Source: Phoronis australis (Eukaryota > Animalia > Phoronida). From it: 64,000 bases of DNA. Position 1 is the stretch's first letter; each line of letters starts with the position of its first letter. Of the stretch, positions 1-32,432 are shown one piece after another. A program made the position numbers and the translations under genes. Location of the stretch: positions 213,181 through 277,180 of the forward strand of contig NMRA01000232.1 of assembly GCA_002633005.1 (NCBI GenBank), written 5' to 3'. The notes below the pieces were generated by a model. It was not told the origin of the DNA, did not search any database, and was given only the letters and a program-made list of their open reading frames with translations.

Positions 1-162
1 TATCCTGGCACTTTGCTTATATGAATTTATAAAATTCTATCGAAAATGTTTTTCCAACATGCAGTATTTTAAATCCATCTTGTAATCCAATTGTCTCCAG
101 GAAAAATTTGTCACAACGAACCCAAAAGAAAGTAATAGTAGAACTGCTACACCCTCACTCAC

Positions 163-243
163 TCTCATTTTGACTTTTCCATATCTGTCACACCATTCTA
201 TGTAGTCTTTACTGTATATGTAGCTCACTGCTCTTTGTTTACT
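163..243 (-). CDS. HDAC8: HDAC8-like exon (81 nt, phase 0-0), start of the deacetylase domain
   Basis: Acceptor catcattttcag, donor AGA|gtgagt; YIYSxxYxxxCDxxxKxxxR motif. Confidence 0.75.
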
Positions 244-1245
244 CTGAAAATGATGGGTGCGACATTTTCAGTTCTCAGGAGCAAGTCATTTACACAGTTC
301 ATCTACAAAAATACTGCACATGATAAAAGGCTAAATAATAAAAACATACCAGTGCATAATTGACTGCTCTCCAAGTCACAAAACTTTAATTTTATGCCCA
401 TTTTGTAAACCTGAACAAAACAACAAGAGCAACGCAGAGCGTTGAAATGCGCCCACAATTGCACCGTATATACGGTATCCTTCTAGGGTTGTTTATTGGT
501 ACCATAAAGTGGCCAGTAGAGGGCATATATGTAGTATGTTGTACTTTGCAAAATGGAAAGGCATGGTCATTGTCTCCTCAATAGGCTAGGTTTCAAAATG
601 TGAGTGATCTTCATAATACAAGCACATCCTATGCATCAGTTGCTTAAAGCACCACAGAAACATAGAAATAAAAACAAATTTACCAACATACGAGATTAGC
701 ACAGCATTAGAATGCCAGAAACAAATTTCTACTTGGAACTTTTCCTTCATAGTCACGAAGTAACACAAAGTATACACCTGAAGACCTATGAAAATACAGA
801 GGTCAATGTGAAATANATGGACGGACGGAGATGACGGCATAATGCGTCCACATATAAATATGTGGGCGCATAAAAATTGGGTCTTAAAATTAACCCACAG
901 CTTGGTCTACATTCAGAAAACTTCCAAAATGAACGCCCATGAGGTTATACCTGTATACGCCTCCTGAAAGTTTCAGTACAGATTGCTTACATCTTTTATT
1001 TCGCCGTGTTCTTTGTCAACGGACAATGCTGCTGTAGAACTATTGGTGATTGGCTGTTCAAAAACTGTTTCCAGGAAACCGTCCGTTGTCAACACCAAGT
1101 TCTCCTGCTTCACTATGTTTTCTTTATTGTCACTATCATGTCTGACATCACTGTCTGTTAACTTGGGCTTTTTGCTGAGTATGTGTTCAGCAAACGTGTA
1201 AGCGTCATCCAGCAAATTTGGATTCTTTTGTACATCATCCATCAT
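163..1245 (-). CDS. HDAC8: Histone deacetylase 8-like gene, 5' part only (coding 1245-991 joined to 243-163; remaining exons lie before position 1)
   Basis: Exon 243-163 translates SKQRAVSYIYSKDYIEWCDRYGKVKMR, matching human HDAC8 [21 protein letters not shown], and ends on the same Arg with a phase-0 GTGAGT donor. The upstream exon is open and joins in phase. Confidence 0.72.
423..871 (-). mobile_element. Helentron-associated non-autonomous element (HINE/DINE-1 type) in an HDAC8 intron
   Basis: On the - strand: T-run, subTIR atgcgcccaca inside the hairpin atgcgcccacatat-tt-atatgtggacgcat, (GTCC)n seed, core repeats, reverse subTIR tgtgggcgcat (447-457), 3' hairpin caacgc/gcgttg (430-444), end CTTGT into a T-rich flank. 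A single n at 816 suggests a collapsed interior. Confidence 0.75.
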
Positions 1246-1262
1246 ACACCTCCTACTAGTTT
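991..1262 (-). CDS. HDAC8: HDAC8-like upstream exon, probably carrying the start codon (ATG 1245) and an N-terminal extension
   Basis: Acceptor gtatattttcag before 1262, donor GAT|gtaagc at 991/990; 272 nt with an open frame throughout, in phase with exon 243-163. No recognisable homology. Confidence 0.55.
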
Positions 1263-1370
1263 CTGAAAATATACAAAGCTTACAGTGAACCTTAGATCAC
1301 TATATTGACCTCAACTTACGAATCATTTTCTGTATAAACTTTTTACTTCGACCACATACTGTTAAAATTA

Positions 1371-1449
1371 CTGGGGTCGCGCATTCTGAGAACCAGTTTC
1401 TCCACTGAATAACAGGCATCAAACTGGTTCTCAAAATCTGGGATCCCTG
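1371..1449. mobile_element. ~80 bp hairpin MITE (Tc1/mariner-like, TA flanks); relatives at 18865-18953, 36789-36867 and 52563-52627
   Basis: Inverted arms ctggggtcgcgcattctgagaaccagttt / aaactggttctcaaaatctgggatccctg flanked by TA; four related copies in the window. Confidence 0.6.
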
Positions 1450-4400
1450 TAAGTGACTATTGCGAAGCTGCATTCCATTCATGAACAAAGCAAGATCTTG
1501 TAAGTCTTTAACAAGATGTTACCAATGCGTACAAGTGAAGCACTTGGTGATCACGTTTACTTTCACTTGGTAATGTCTTGCACCATTAACAAGACCCACA
1601 TTCAATAAGACTTATGGGTCATTTTATGCACCCAGTGTGGCCTCAAAACAATGAACTGCCAGTTGCTGCCCAGTCAAAAGTGTCACTTCTTCTGAATGCA
1701 AACTTTGTTGAAACACGAATGGACTTTTTGTTTGAAAGCTTAATACAGTCATGCTCGTAGTGTCAAAACAATCTCCTTTCTTCAGGGGTGCAGCTATGTT
1801 ACAGCAAAAACCAAGATATAACAGGAAAACAAATTAAAAAACTAATTCGACAATTCTGTGAATAGGTCAACCTCGAGACAAAAAATTATATAATTGTGAC
1901 TACACTAACATTTCTGGTCTCATCTGAAAGCCCATTCTCTCTAGTTTCAGGATCCATATTTGGCTGTCCTATAACTTTCAATTTTTTGCCTATATGGACC
2001 CATTTTTGGAGTCACTTGACCCTAAAAGTTAGCTTGATTTTCACATGTGTGTGTTGCTTGTTATTGTCATAAATAAGCTAATTATGGGTATTTCACTAAA
2101 TTATCAAATTTGCGCAATCACATGAAGCCCAAACTTTATAAAAAATAACATATCAACTTTGGCACATCATTGACCCCTTGGGGTCAAAGGCCAACTTCTG
2201 GATATCATGGTGCCGTATGTCTGTCACAAAAAAGTGCTAAAAAGTTTAGTTGAAAATTAAAATAATTTCAGATTCTCCTTGAACTTGTTACTCAGTACAA
2301 TTGACCAAAATTTTAGATCCCATGGATTATTCGTTAAGTCAGAAATTGCGTGACAGACGTACAGCAAATTTGTACGTCCATCACATACGTCCCTCACACC
2401 CATGAAATTACAACTTTCAGCGAATAAAAATAAGCTTAGGTCTTATTTTTACTTTCTAAAATTGCAGCAGATAAATGTATCTGGCATCTAAGAACCTTAA
2501 AATGGTTAAATATTACAAAGACTGCTTTAAAATTAAGTAAAGAAGTTGGTGCAGATTTAAATTTGATGCATTAGTCTTGCAATTTCCAAACTATTTGCAG
2601 AAAAGTTATAGTTCACAATGTCATCTAGTTATTCTTAGAAGAATTTAACTTATTAAAATCAGACACTAAGGACCACATTATCAAATGTAAATAAAAACAA
2701 AATGTTAATTTAATGATATATTGTTTTTCTGTTGCTGACCCGTGTTTGTAAAGAAATGCTTAGCTTTTGGAAAATTCAAGATGCCAAAATATTCAAATGA
2801 AAGAATTCCTAAGGTGCTCTATAGTATAAATAAGAAGAGACCTAAAAGAATACATGTCAAGTTGCTGTTGTGCTGAAATCAACGTAACATTTCTGCTCTG
2901 ACCAGTGCTATGCTATATTTTATGTTAAAAAGCCGATGTTGGGCATTTTTAAGCAGTAGCAACCAGTCACCTACTTTATTGAGCATTTTTGTCACACCTT
3001 TACTGACTAGTCACTATTGTTGTGTTTTTTCAGTGTCTTGGGTGGCTTGTATGAAATGAGTTCATCGCAATAGATTACACCGTCTTGTCTTACATATTTA
3101 TGATCTTGCATTATCTATTTAAGAATTAGACCATTTTTTTCTGCTCAGCTTCGAGGAGATTAAACCAATGTTTAGAAATGAAAGAGGAAAATGTTGGAGA
3201 CCATAGGAAGATTCAGAGAATATTCCAGCAGATATTTATTCTCTCCCAGCTGCATCTCGAAAAAAATGCCATCGTGGATCAAGAAATTCATAATTGTACC
3301 TCGTGTGAACCATGATATGACATTATTTAACGCCTGTCTTTAAAATTGAAAAGAAGGCGTGAGTTAAAAATGGATGAAAAGCTAATCATACTAACCACTA
3401 AATAGAGACCAGTATTTACATAAGTTAGCTCTACATATTCTCATATCATAATTCTAAATACATTTAATTTAAAATGTCGTGTATTCACACTGGAAGACAG
3501 CACCAGTGATTTGAATCAAAATATGATTGCCATGAGTCGATACTGTCAACTAAACCAGGTTTCACACTTTGTTTTAAGAAGATTACTGAAGTCCTGTTAG
3601 TAATACTTGCAAAACATCACCTTTATTATTTACATGGGCATGCATCACAACCATCAACGACATGGACCAAAGAATAAGTTTGTATATAACCTTAGGGTGA
3701 GTTCTAAAAAAACAATTAATTAAAATGCGTTTTCATTACAATCATTACTAATGTTCACATTTCATATTTTGATAGTCACATTTACTTTATGTTTTCAAAT
3801 CAGTTAACGCATAAAAACAGTTTTCCTGGTGACCAACAGGTGTCAAATACAAAATGTCATTATCCCCATCATTCCCATCTATATTGCTTACCGTCTTTGA
3901 AGGGAAGTGAGGGTTTTAGGGGGTTGTTTTATATCTTTTATCAAATGTATTGAAAAGTTAAAATCCTAGAGTACATTCCCAGCATAGGCCTACCTGGGTG
4001 AGTTCGTGCAAAAAGGCCAATCGGTAGATTTTGATTAAAAACATTTGAATCAGTAGCAAAAGACCAATACAGCTTAAATACTGCAAAAGTTTGAATCATT
4101 CTGAATTGATATCTCAGTTGCAACAAACAATTTAATACTAGAAATTCAGAGCGTATGTCCCTCACGTCCATCCGTCACACGCACTCAACTTACATTGAGC
4201 TGTCTGACAAAAATTTCTTAGGAGATATCATCAAACAATTAGTGTTTTGTACTTTGCAAACATTCAACTAACTCATATAAAACAAAACAAAAAATGTAAG
4301 CAAATGCAACTCACAGAAAATTAACGTTGAATTTTTTTTTTCAAAAATTCAAATTTTCTACGTGTCGACGGTGTCGTCACACTCCTTAAAAGGCAATTTT

Positions 4401-5099
4401 CTCAGTCAGATAAAAAGATAGGAGAAAAGTTGTTAAGGCTATGAAAGTTAGCAATGAGACCTATTTTCCTAGGATGAACATTTTTTCACAATTGATAAAT
4501 GTTCTCTGATCTCCGACCGTCACAAATGGAATTGCCCACCATTGTTTTGTTGTGTATAAAATACGGACCTTTCTACGCTAAAGTTTAATAAAATAACATA
4601 TGTCATCGACCCAGTGAATGGTAGATGAAATTCCATTTCTAGTCTTTCTATTCTCATAAAATATTAATTTTACCAAGTAGATTGTATTGTCATGGTTCTG
4701 TAGATTTGTCTGAATGCAATGCAGGTAAATCCACGCTGTGGGAAATACCATCCGATCACTGTAGTAGTTAAAACTGGTCAGTCTACAGCTAGCTGAGATT
4801 CTTGAACTTATGACTTTCTCTCTCATCATTAGATAAATATAGCTCATTCATTGTTCCACATCACTCGAGTATTGCAAAGTGTAGTGTTCTCATTCATGAT
4901 TCATTCCCTTGCAACAAGGCACCCATTCACTCATTCACTTATCACAAGCCTATTCGTAGCAGAATAATGTTCTCAAATTGGGAGAATTTCTCCCGAGTGG
5001 GTGAATTCTCCCGATTGCGAGAAAAGATTATTAGTCTGATCTGGAAATATTCTATTATTCTGGGGAAATGAATCTAAGTGCACAGGGAAAAAGTTGTCA

Positions 5100-5310
5100 A
5101 TCAAGGGAATACATCTGCGCCTACTGTCAGCCAAGCAGGCTCGCGATCGTGACGTTCCAGATGTGACCTGCAAGTGTGCCCCAGCCCAGGTCGTCGAAAT
5201 TCACAGAAGAGTTGGCCACGTCCCGCGTATTTCTTGCCCTCGTTTAGCCTACTTGTCCACTGAGTTCAGACTCCCATCCCAGTCAAAAGCGCCCGCTCAT
5301 TGGGTTCAAG
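5100..5310 (-). promoter_or_regulatory. Candidate HDAC8 promoter / first non-coding exon
   Basis: Local CpG- and GC-rich island in AT-rich DNA; CCAAT box on the - strand at 5299-5303 next to gagcgggcgc. No transcript evidence. Confidence 0.3.
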
Positions 5311-7535
5311 AGTAACTAACACTTTTTTTTGACATTTTTCGTGCATAGAAGTAGATTTTTCCACTATAATGACAAAATGAGGAAAAATAACAAAAAATTA
5401 AGAATTGGGATGGACTACTAAATAACTGTTTAAGGTAAAAAGTACTTGTTTTGATACTCTTAATCTAGTGTTTAGAGGCTAACTTTGAGCGCTCACATGG
5501 CGCGCTTCGTGTTCTCTATCCGTTGTTCAACATTTTTGTTATCTTTTAGCTCTCACAAAAAGTTATCGTTTCAGTGATCGAAGATCAGATAAAAACACCA
5601 AAAAGCCAAGCAGGTAATGGGTTGTAGAGGATTTGTGGTTGATTAGTCTTGAACGTCGCGCTTGTTTACTTAAAAAGTTCCCACGTTTTAGAAACGGTTG
5701 CATCTTCAATCTTCATCAAATAAGATTGCGTCTGTCCACGGCTGTTTGGCAAATGTATTCCTATGGAAATGAAGATAGGTGGTGACGACTTTCGGCCGAA
5801 TCCAAGTATCACTGTGACTACTAGTGGCATTTTTTTACATCTTCCTAGCGCTCTCACTGACACAGGATGTTCAAAATCTCAAAGTCAAAGATCTTCGACA
5901 ATTTTGTTGTTTTTTTACATTTTCTTCTCATTGACAGTATATGTTCAAATTCTTTGAGAGCTTCTACTGGTTTTCATGAAATTTGGCAAGATATCAATTG
6001 TGGAGATGACACCGCCTTCTTGTTTTCCGGTGGGTTTAGCCTCACTTTGATGTATTCTGCGCCACCTAATGGTTTTGCATGTGTTCATTTGGGGAGGTGC
6101 ATGACTGGCAGTAATTTTTTAACTTGTCTGGCTATGGCACCTTGTCAGTGTGGTAATTTTATTTTTTTGCCTATAGCTCAATACGAGTTCTTCGACAGAT
6201 CGTCACGAAGTTTGACATGTGTTTCTATTTAGGAGAGTACAACTGATGTTAGGGTGAGCAAACCCAAATACAAATTTCATCAGAAACACTTGAAAAGAGT
6301 ATTAAATGATAGCTTTAGACATGCCGTTTATACAAATTTTTGAATTTTTCAAATCGGTTCAGCGGTTCTTGAGTTATTTGAATTTTAGAGCCTCAAAAAT
6401 GGCCTTTTTTTCAGCAAACGGCACCCAGAAATTTCAGGCCACAGAAAATTGCAAGTTTAGACAACTATATTTGGGAATCCATGACTCACAGTGTTCTTAA
6501 AACAAGGTGGAGAGTCCTTTGCAAGTAGGTTAACAACATGGCATAGACACCAAACCACAAATTATTCTATTTTGCACGAACAAGAACAACAAAAATTGAA
6601 AAATTCACCATTGACTTGTGACAGGACATTTTTGCCCCTGAAGCTAAGTTGAACAAGTGATGTTTTAATAAGAGAGCAACTTATTACCTTGAAAATGACA
6701 AAACACTTCAAGAATTACTATGGCTTAGTGCACATGTTTCTTTAACTCCAAAAGATTTTGAAATAATTCTAAAAAATGAAATTTGCATAACAAATGAATT
6801 CAAAATGAGCAAAAACCAGAAAACTAGTCTTTTTCAGAGTATTTTATTATTTATTTAAAAACCTGTGAGGTTATGTAAATTAATCTTTTTTCCCAAGTAA
6901 GATCAATGTTTTCACAATCTTAAGTTGCTCACCAAATGACAAAAGATGATAGTATGCATTTTTAATTAAACAAAATTAAATTGGACCCTAAAATTTCAAC
7001 GAATTTTAAATAATATAGAAACTGAGAGGTGTTGTGTTGGTGACTATCCAAAAAGAGCATATTTGTATTCTAAAATGTTTTGATGCACTGCAGCGTTGAC
7101 TGAACATTTATTTTGGTGAAATATGTAATTTTCTAGAAATTAAACTGATCACAGCGCCCCCACGAGGTAGTAAAAGTGTAACAAAAAATATTTTTGAAGA
7201 AAATAGAAAAAAATGACTCTATCCCCAAAATTGAAGTAAATTAAATTTTAAAAGGATTCTATATTATTTTAATGAAAATATTTTACCAGGTTTGGGCCAC
7301 TTTTTGTAATTTAGAGAAGTTTTGACTGGTTCTGTTGAATACATTTAACCAATCAGGTTCGAGTTTAGTTTGAACCCTGGAAAGGTCAACATGGTTCTTG
7401 AAAAATGACTGAAGTTACCTTTTTAGAAGTGTTCCTAAATGGAAATGGTGAGATAAAGTGAAAAAATTTGATCAGGAATGGATTAGGACATGATAAGTGA
7501 TTATGACATTGAGTGTACACTTTCAGGATTTTTCC

Positions 7536-7612
7536 NNNNNNNNNNNNNNNNNNNNNNNNNNNNNNNNNNNNNNNNNNNNNNNNNNNNNNNNNNNNNNNNN
7601 NNNNNNNNNNNN
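7536..7612. other. Assembly gap (77 N)
   Basis: Run of N. Confidence 0.99.
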
Positions 7613-8193
7613 TGTGTATTACGTATGGAATTTTCCTATGATGTTGAGTCCTTTGGACATGGCCAAATATGGTCAGAAGCTAGGAGCTATGGGCCTCGCC
7701 CTTCAGATCGTGTCTGATTGGTTGAAATTGTGTACTTAAGCTTTGTCTCTGTCAGACACGAGGAGTCCAGTCGCAGAGTTCAAGAAGTAAACATGTACAC
7801 CTTCACTCACACCAAATTGCAACTGTTTGTGCAGCTTTCGGGCTCCTCCCGAACTTGGTTGCCAATAGTTTAGCCCCATGCAATTCTCGGGCTCCTCCCG
7901 AGCTTGATTGCATCTCACCTTTCGGATCTGAATAACCAAATTGCCCCGTTCTTGCACACACAACTATTAATCAGCGACTGGCTTGCCCGTGTATCAGAAC
8001 TGTATAAATCACAACGCTGCGATACTAAATCATGGAACAACTGGATTGCTTGTAAGTGTGAAATATTGTAGTCATATATTCCTACAATAAACCTATGTAT
8101 TATTCACCAACTTTTAGTTTTCAACATCACCCTCAGTCCGCACCGGGCTCGTAAAATCGGGGCGCCTTGGTCGTAGATACCGCCCCCGTTACA
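7613..8193 (+). mobile_element. 3' portion of an LTR (solo LTR or element end) nested in the hAT element
   Basis: More GC-rich segment with TATAAA (~8004), AATAAA (~8086) and an LTR-type end cccccgttACA at 8193, exactly where the hAT TIR match stops. The left boundary is lost in or near the gap. Confidence 0.5.
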
Positions 8194-9544
8194 GTTTGCT
8201 CACCCTACTGATGTGGATTTTGGGACAAATCTGTTGTGGTGATGGACCGTCCGGAGTTGGCAGACGGGCAACTCTGGACGGTCAGAAAACCTTAAGCCTT
8301 TTCGCTCAATCGCTCTTTATTTAAACTTTAATAGTTAATACATCAGCATTAAGATTCGAGTAGCCTGAGCAATTATGATGTTTGATTTTACTCGTCGCCC
8401 TTTTTGTGGATGGAAACAGTTGGCCTACCAGTGATATCAGTGTGTCCAGCATATACTACCTGAAGCCCCTAAGTTCGCTTCATATTCATAATAGCGTTAT
8501 CGAATACAAAGGAATCACTACTAGTTACAATTTGTGTTTCTTGGCGTTTCCCTTGATATCTACCAAATTCCATGATGAGTGTAAGTTCATGAAATTTGGC
8601 CAATAAGCTATTGCTATGTTGACAACAGCATCCTATTTCATAGATATGATCAACGTTGTGATCTTGGACTGGTAGTATTTCTCTTGTTTTTGTGTCTTTT
8701 GTTTTCTTCTTCCTGTCCTCCTATTTATGATGAAAAATGGCAGGTGTGTTCCTGTATAGGAGACCATTTCTCACTTGCTCTGCACCCTCTAGTGGCTATT
8801 ATTAAGTTCACTAGCATTGCTCCGTTCAGTGGGAATGTTGATCTCTTACACACTGTGCTATTATATGAAGCACCCCGTGGGTGCATCATCTACACCCTGG
8901 ATTGGAGACCAATTAATTTTACTAACCAAATTGACACAGATTTCTGGGGGAAAGAGCAAATCAGTACTCACCTTTAAATAAAATTTGCACTGCTTTTGGT
9001 GAATTTCCCATAAAGGACTTCAGGAACAATAGTTCAAACAAATTACTAGTAAGGCAGGCACATATAATTCACAGGTACACAGTGAATTTGGTACTTAATC
9101 TAAACAATTTATTCCACCTTAGCAGGGAACAATAGTACAAAAAAGTCAAGCACAATATAATTTACTGTGTATACAATATGCAATCAATTTGGCCATTGTG
9201 CGTTCACTATTTTTGTCACCTGCTTATTTAAACAATTATTACACCTCAGCAGGAAACAACAGTCAAGCAAAATATAATTGCCGTTTATTCCACCTTATCA
9301 GGTTTCAGCTTTGTAGTTGGTTAATTGCTCATGTGGATATTAGGGGTAGTGTCAGTCCCTTTCTCATACAGTTAATTTCTCTAAAATTGAAGCCTTGATG
9401 TTAATTGTCATTTACCTCGAAGTTGAGCCGAGCGTTCTGCTTCACATCAAATTTGGAGTTATAGTTCAGCGAAGTTATCATAAGGTGGGGCTAATATGTC
9501 CTTGTCCCGTACAATGAGATATATATATATTTAATTTGTATCTC

Positions 9545-9780
9545 ATTGGGCCTGTATACATTCGTACGCCTTGCTGTTTTTGTCCTTGTCATCAAAAATG
9601 GCAAGGACCGCCCCCTCTCCTCACACAGAGATGAGGACGTCAACTTCAGAAGGCAACCAACTGTTGAGATGAAGAAGACTGACGACATTTAACATAAAAT
9701 TAGAGTCATGACTTGCAGCAGATTCGTGTACAGACTGTATGACGTTTGGCGGGAACTCGTTTTGTGTACGCAAAACGTTC
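9545..9780 (+). promoter_or_regulatory. Candidate CTPS promoter (E2F, CRE-like, GC box, inverted CCAAT)
   Basis: TTTGGCGGGAA at 9745-9755 overlapping TGACGT (9740-9745); ccgcccc 9608-9614; attgg 9545-9549; CpG-enriched. The ATG exon begins with an acceptor, so a non-coding first exon must lie upstream. Confidence 0.4.
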
Positions 9781-12215
9781 AGTGATTTTTATTATTTTTT
9801 AAAGAAAGAATCCAGCAAGCATGTGGACAAATTGAAACAGAATGCTTATAGTGCTAAAATAACAAATATTGGAACAAAACATCAACAAATATTAACCAGA
9901 TACCGCCGGCTGTTGACGAACACAGTGACACCTGCCGATGGCATCGAATTTAAGTGTTTTCATTATACTGAAGCGTCGATGCTTTGCTGTTAAATCCACC
10001 TCTTAACTGCGTAGTTAAATAGACAGTGCTGTTAACTTTGATAAAAGTGCGAAGTTATGTGTTCCCACTGACCGAAGCTTCGGAGGCAGTGGGAAAGGCC
10101 TTTCTGATGTGTGTGAATGATCATGAAAACCTTACACGTAGGTGAATGAAGTTGATTCCAGCGTGATTTCTTTCCATTTTTACAACTACTGCAAGTTTAG
10201 CCTACTCTTGCTGTGAAAGCCCGCACGAGCATACACATGAAGATTCTATGGGGGAGCGGCTCAATCAGTGTGCTTTTTATTGATAAAATAAAATGAAGTA
10301 TACAATATGAACGGTAACATTTACCTTTTAATTATAGATTACAGATGAATTGAATACTCTGTGAAAACTGCAGTTATCTCCCTTTCAGTATTTTTGTTTT
10401 AAATATCCAAATTACTTGTCACTTGACCAAAAAAGTTGTGACCTTGGTGGTGAGAAAACGTGGCAGTGAATGGACTATTTTTAACTTGTAGCCAAGAAAA
10501 CTATCCTGGTAATAGGATATTGATTTTAACATCAAGTGCTTAAACCCACCATATACCTTGTTTTGACAAGTGACTACATTGTCGGCATCATTATACCTTC
10601 CTGTATGGCACTGCATGTCACAACCGTGAATTCAGTATCTCAGTGAAGAAATAGAAAAAAAACACAAGTTTCTTAAAGCCTATCTTCAGCGGTAACACCT
10701 GTGAATTTGTTTTGGTTGCCTAGTTGACCCAGACTGACCCAGCCAGCACTGTTCTAGTGTAGACTGGACCGTCATGTTGCGCCATCTATTGTTCTTTGTT
10801 GTAGTTGATTGTATGCTCTCTATTTGATTTCTTCGCTAGTCACATGAATGTTATCGTGTTATTCATAATTGCCGCCTTGATCGTCATGATTGTCGTCGTC
10901 TCCCTCATCGTTGTCTTTTCGATTAATTCCGCCAAGTGTCGCGCCTCCGAGCGCTCTCTTCCTTTTTGTTGTTTGTGCTGGGATCTAGTGGTGATGCAAC
11001 ATGGCACAAAAAGGCAGGTTCACTTATCATTTAACAGGCTTACATTTGCGTGATTGAACTTGCGTTTGCGTTTTCTTGGCTTTGCTAGGATTTTCTGGTT
11101 AGCTCGATACATCTAAAATAACAAAATTCCGTTGAAGGTAGGCTTTAACTCCACGGACATAAGTATGTCGTATGAACGTACCTTGTGGTCTACCAATATG
11201 CAAGTTTCTTGTACTGACGGTATGTCCGTGCTCTGTTGTCCCACGGAAAGTGAAAGGAGCCAAAGCGTGCTCAAATACAGAGTTGCATAACCACCACAAA
11301 TGCAACACCTTGCCAGTTCTATTATACCATAAACCACAGGAAAATGACCAGCAATATCTGGCGACTTTTCTCACTGGAGGATGGCTTAATTTTTGATTGG
11401 TTGTACCGATTCTATGTAGTATGCATTGACCAATTAATACCGTAAACCATGGAAAACGAGCAGATCTGACAACTTTTCTCAGTGGAGGATGACTAATATT
11501 TGATTGGTTGATTGGTGTTTATTCTAATGCTCGTAACTCAAGATCAGCTAATTCAGATATTGCTGGTGAGGGGAGGCAGTCAGGATTGGGGAGGGGTTGC
11601 TTTCCCTGAACCACGAAATTCTTCACTTGTTTCCCCATAGTTGAAGAGGGCCTTAGCGCCTTGAACAATTCACAAATAACAGTCAGCAAAAAGTCACCTA
11701 GAAAATTTAATGCATTAAGACGACCGATGATGCCTGGACAGAACTGTCCCGGTTAACGTGACCTGCCTTTCTGTTCTACCTTATTCAGATGAAATCACTG
11801 CCCAAGTTGAAGTTCAATGTCGGACTCATTTTTGTACAATTTTTTGTGGAAAATTATTGCAAAATTATTCAGAGAATGGCAATAAAGCTCCTACTTTGCT
11901 CCTACTTAGCTGCCAATTTTGAATTCTTAACCAAAGCACAACAACCTCAGATCAGATGCTTTTATGACTTACCTGAGTTATTGTTGCTGAGAAATTTTTC
12001 ATCAATGTCAATGTCTATCTAATCTTCAAAGTTCACATTTTGTGCTCCATGAAAATTGTTTAAATTGTTTCCTATGCTGTATCATATATTGTTTGTCTTA
12101 ATTCAGAAATAAGCATTTATTTATATGACTGATCTGTGTTATCTCTGTTTCAGTGTTTACCTGTGTTACGTTCCATTCTTCGTAAATCAATCTGGCTTTT
12201 CTGGCAAGAGCTGCC

Positions 12216-32432
<20,217 letters not shown>

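Larger units (their letters stand above)
6250..8207. mobile_element. Non-autonomous hAT-like DNA transposon with 7-bp TSD (hATw-like)
   Basis: Perfect 14-bp TIRs tagggtgagcaaac (6250-6263) and gtttgctcacccta (8194-8207); direct repeat ctgatgt at 6243-6249 and 8208-8214. Confidence 0.75.

Noticed and set aside
1790-4389. Large TTAA-ended DNA transposon
   Set aside because: One plausible end (gtcacactccttaa, ~4389) but I found no matching opposite TIR
5430-6242. Decayed coding sequence or transposase (ORFs 5666-6232)
   Set aside because: No recognisable motif in any frame I read
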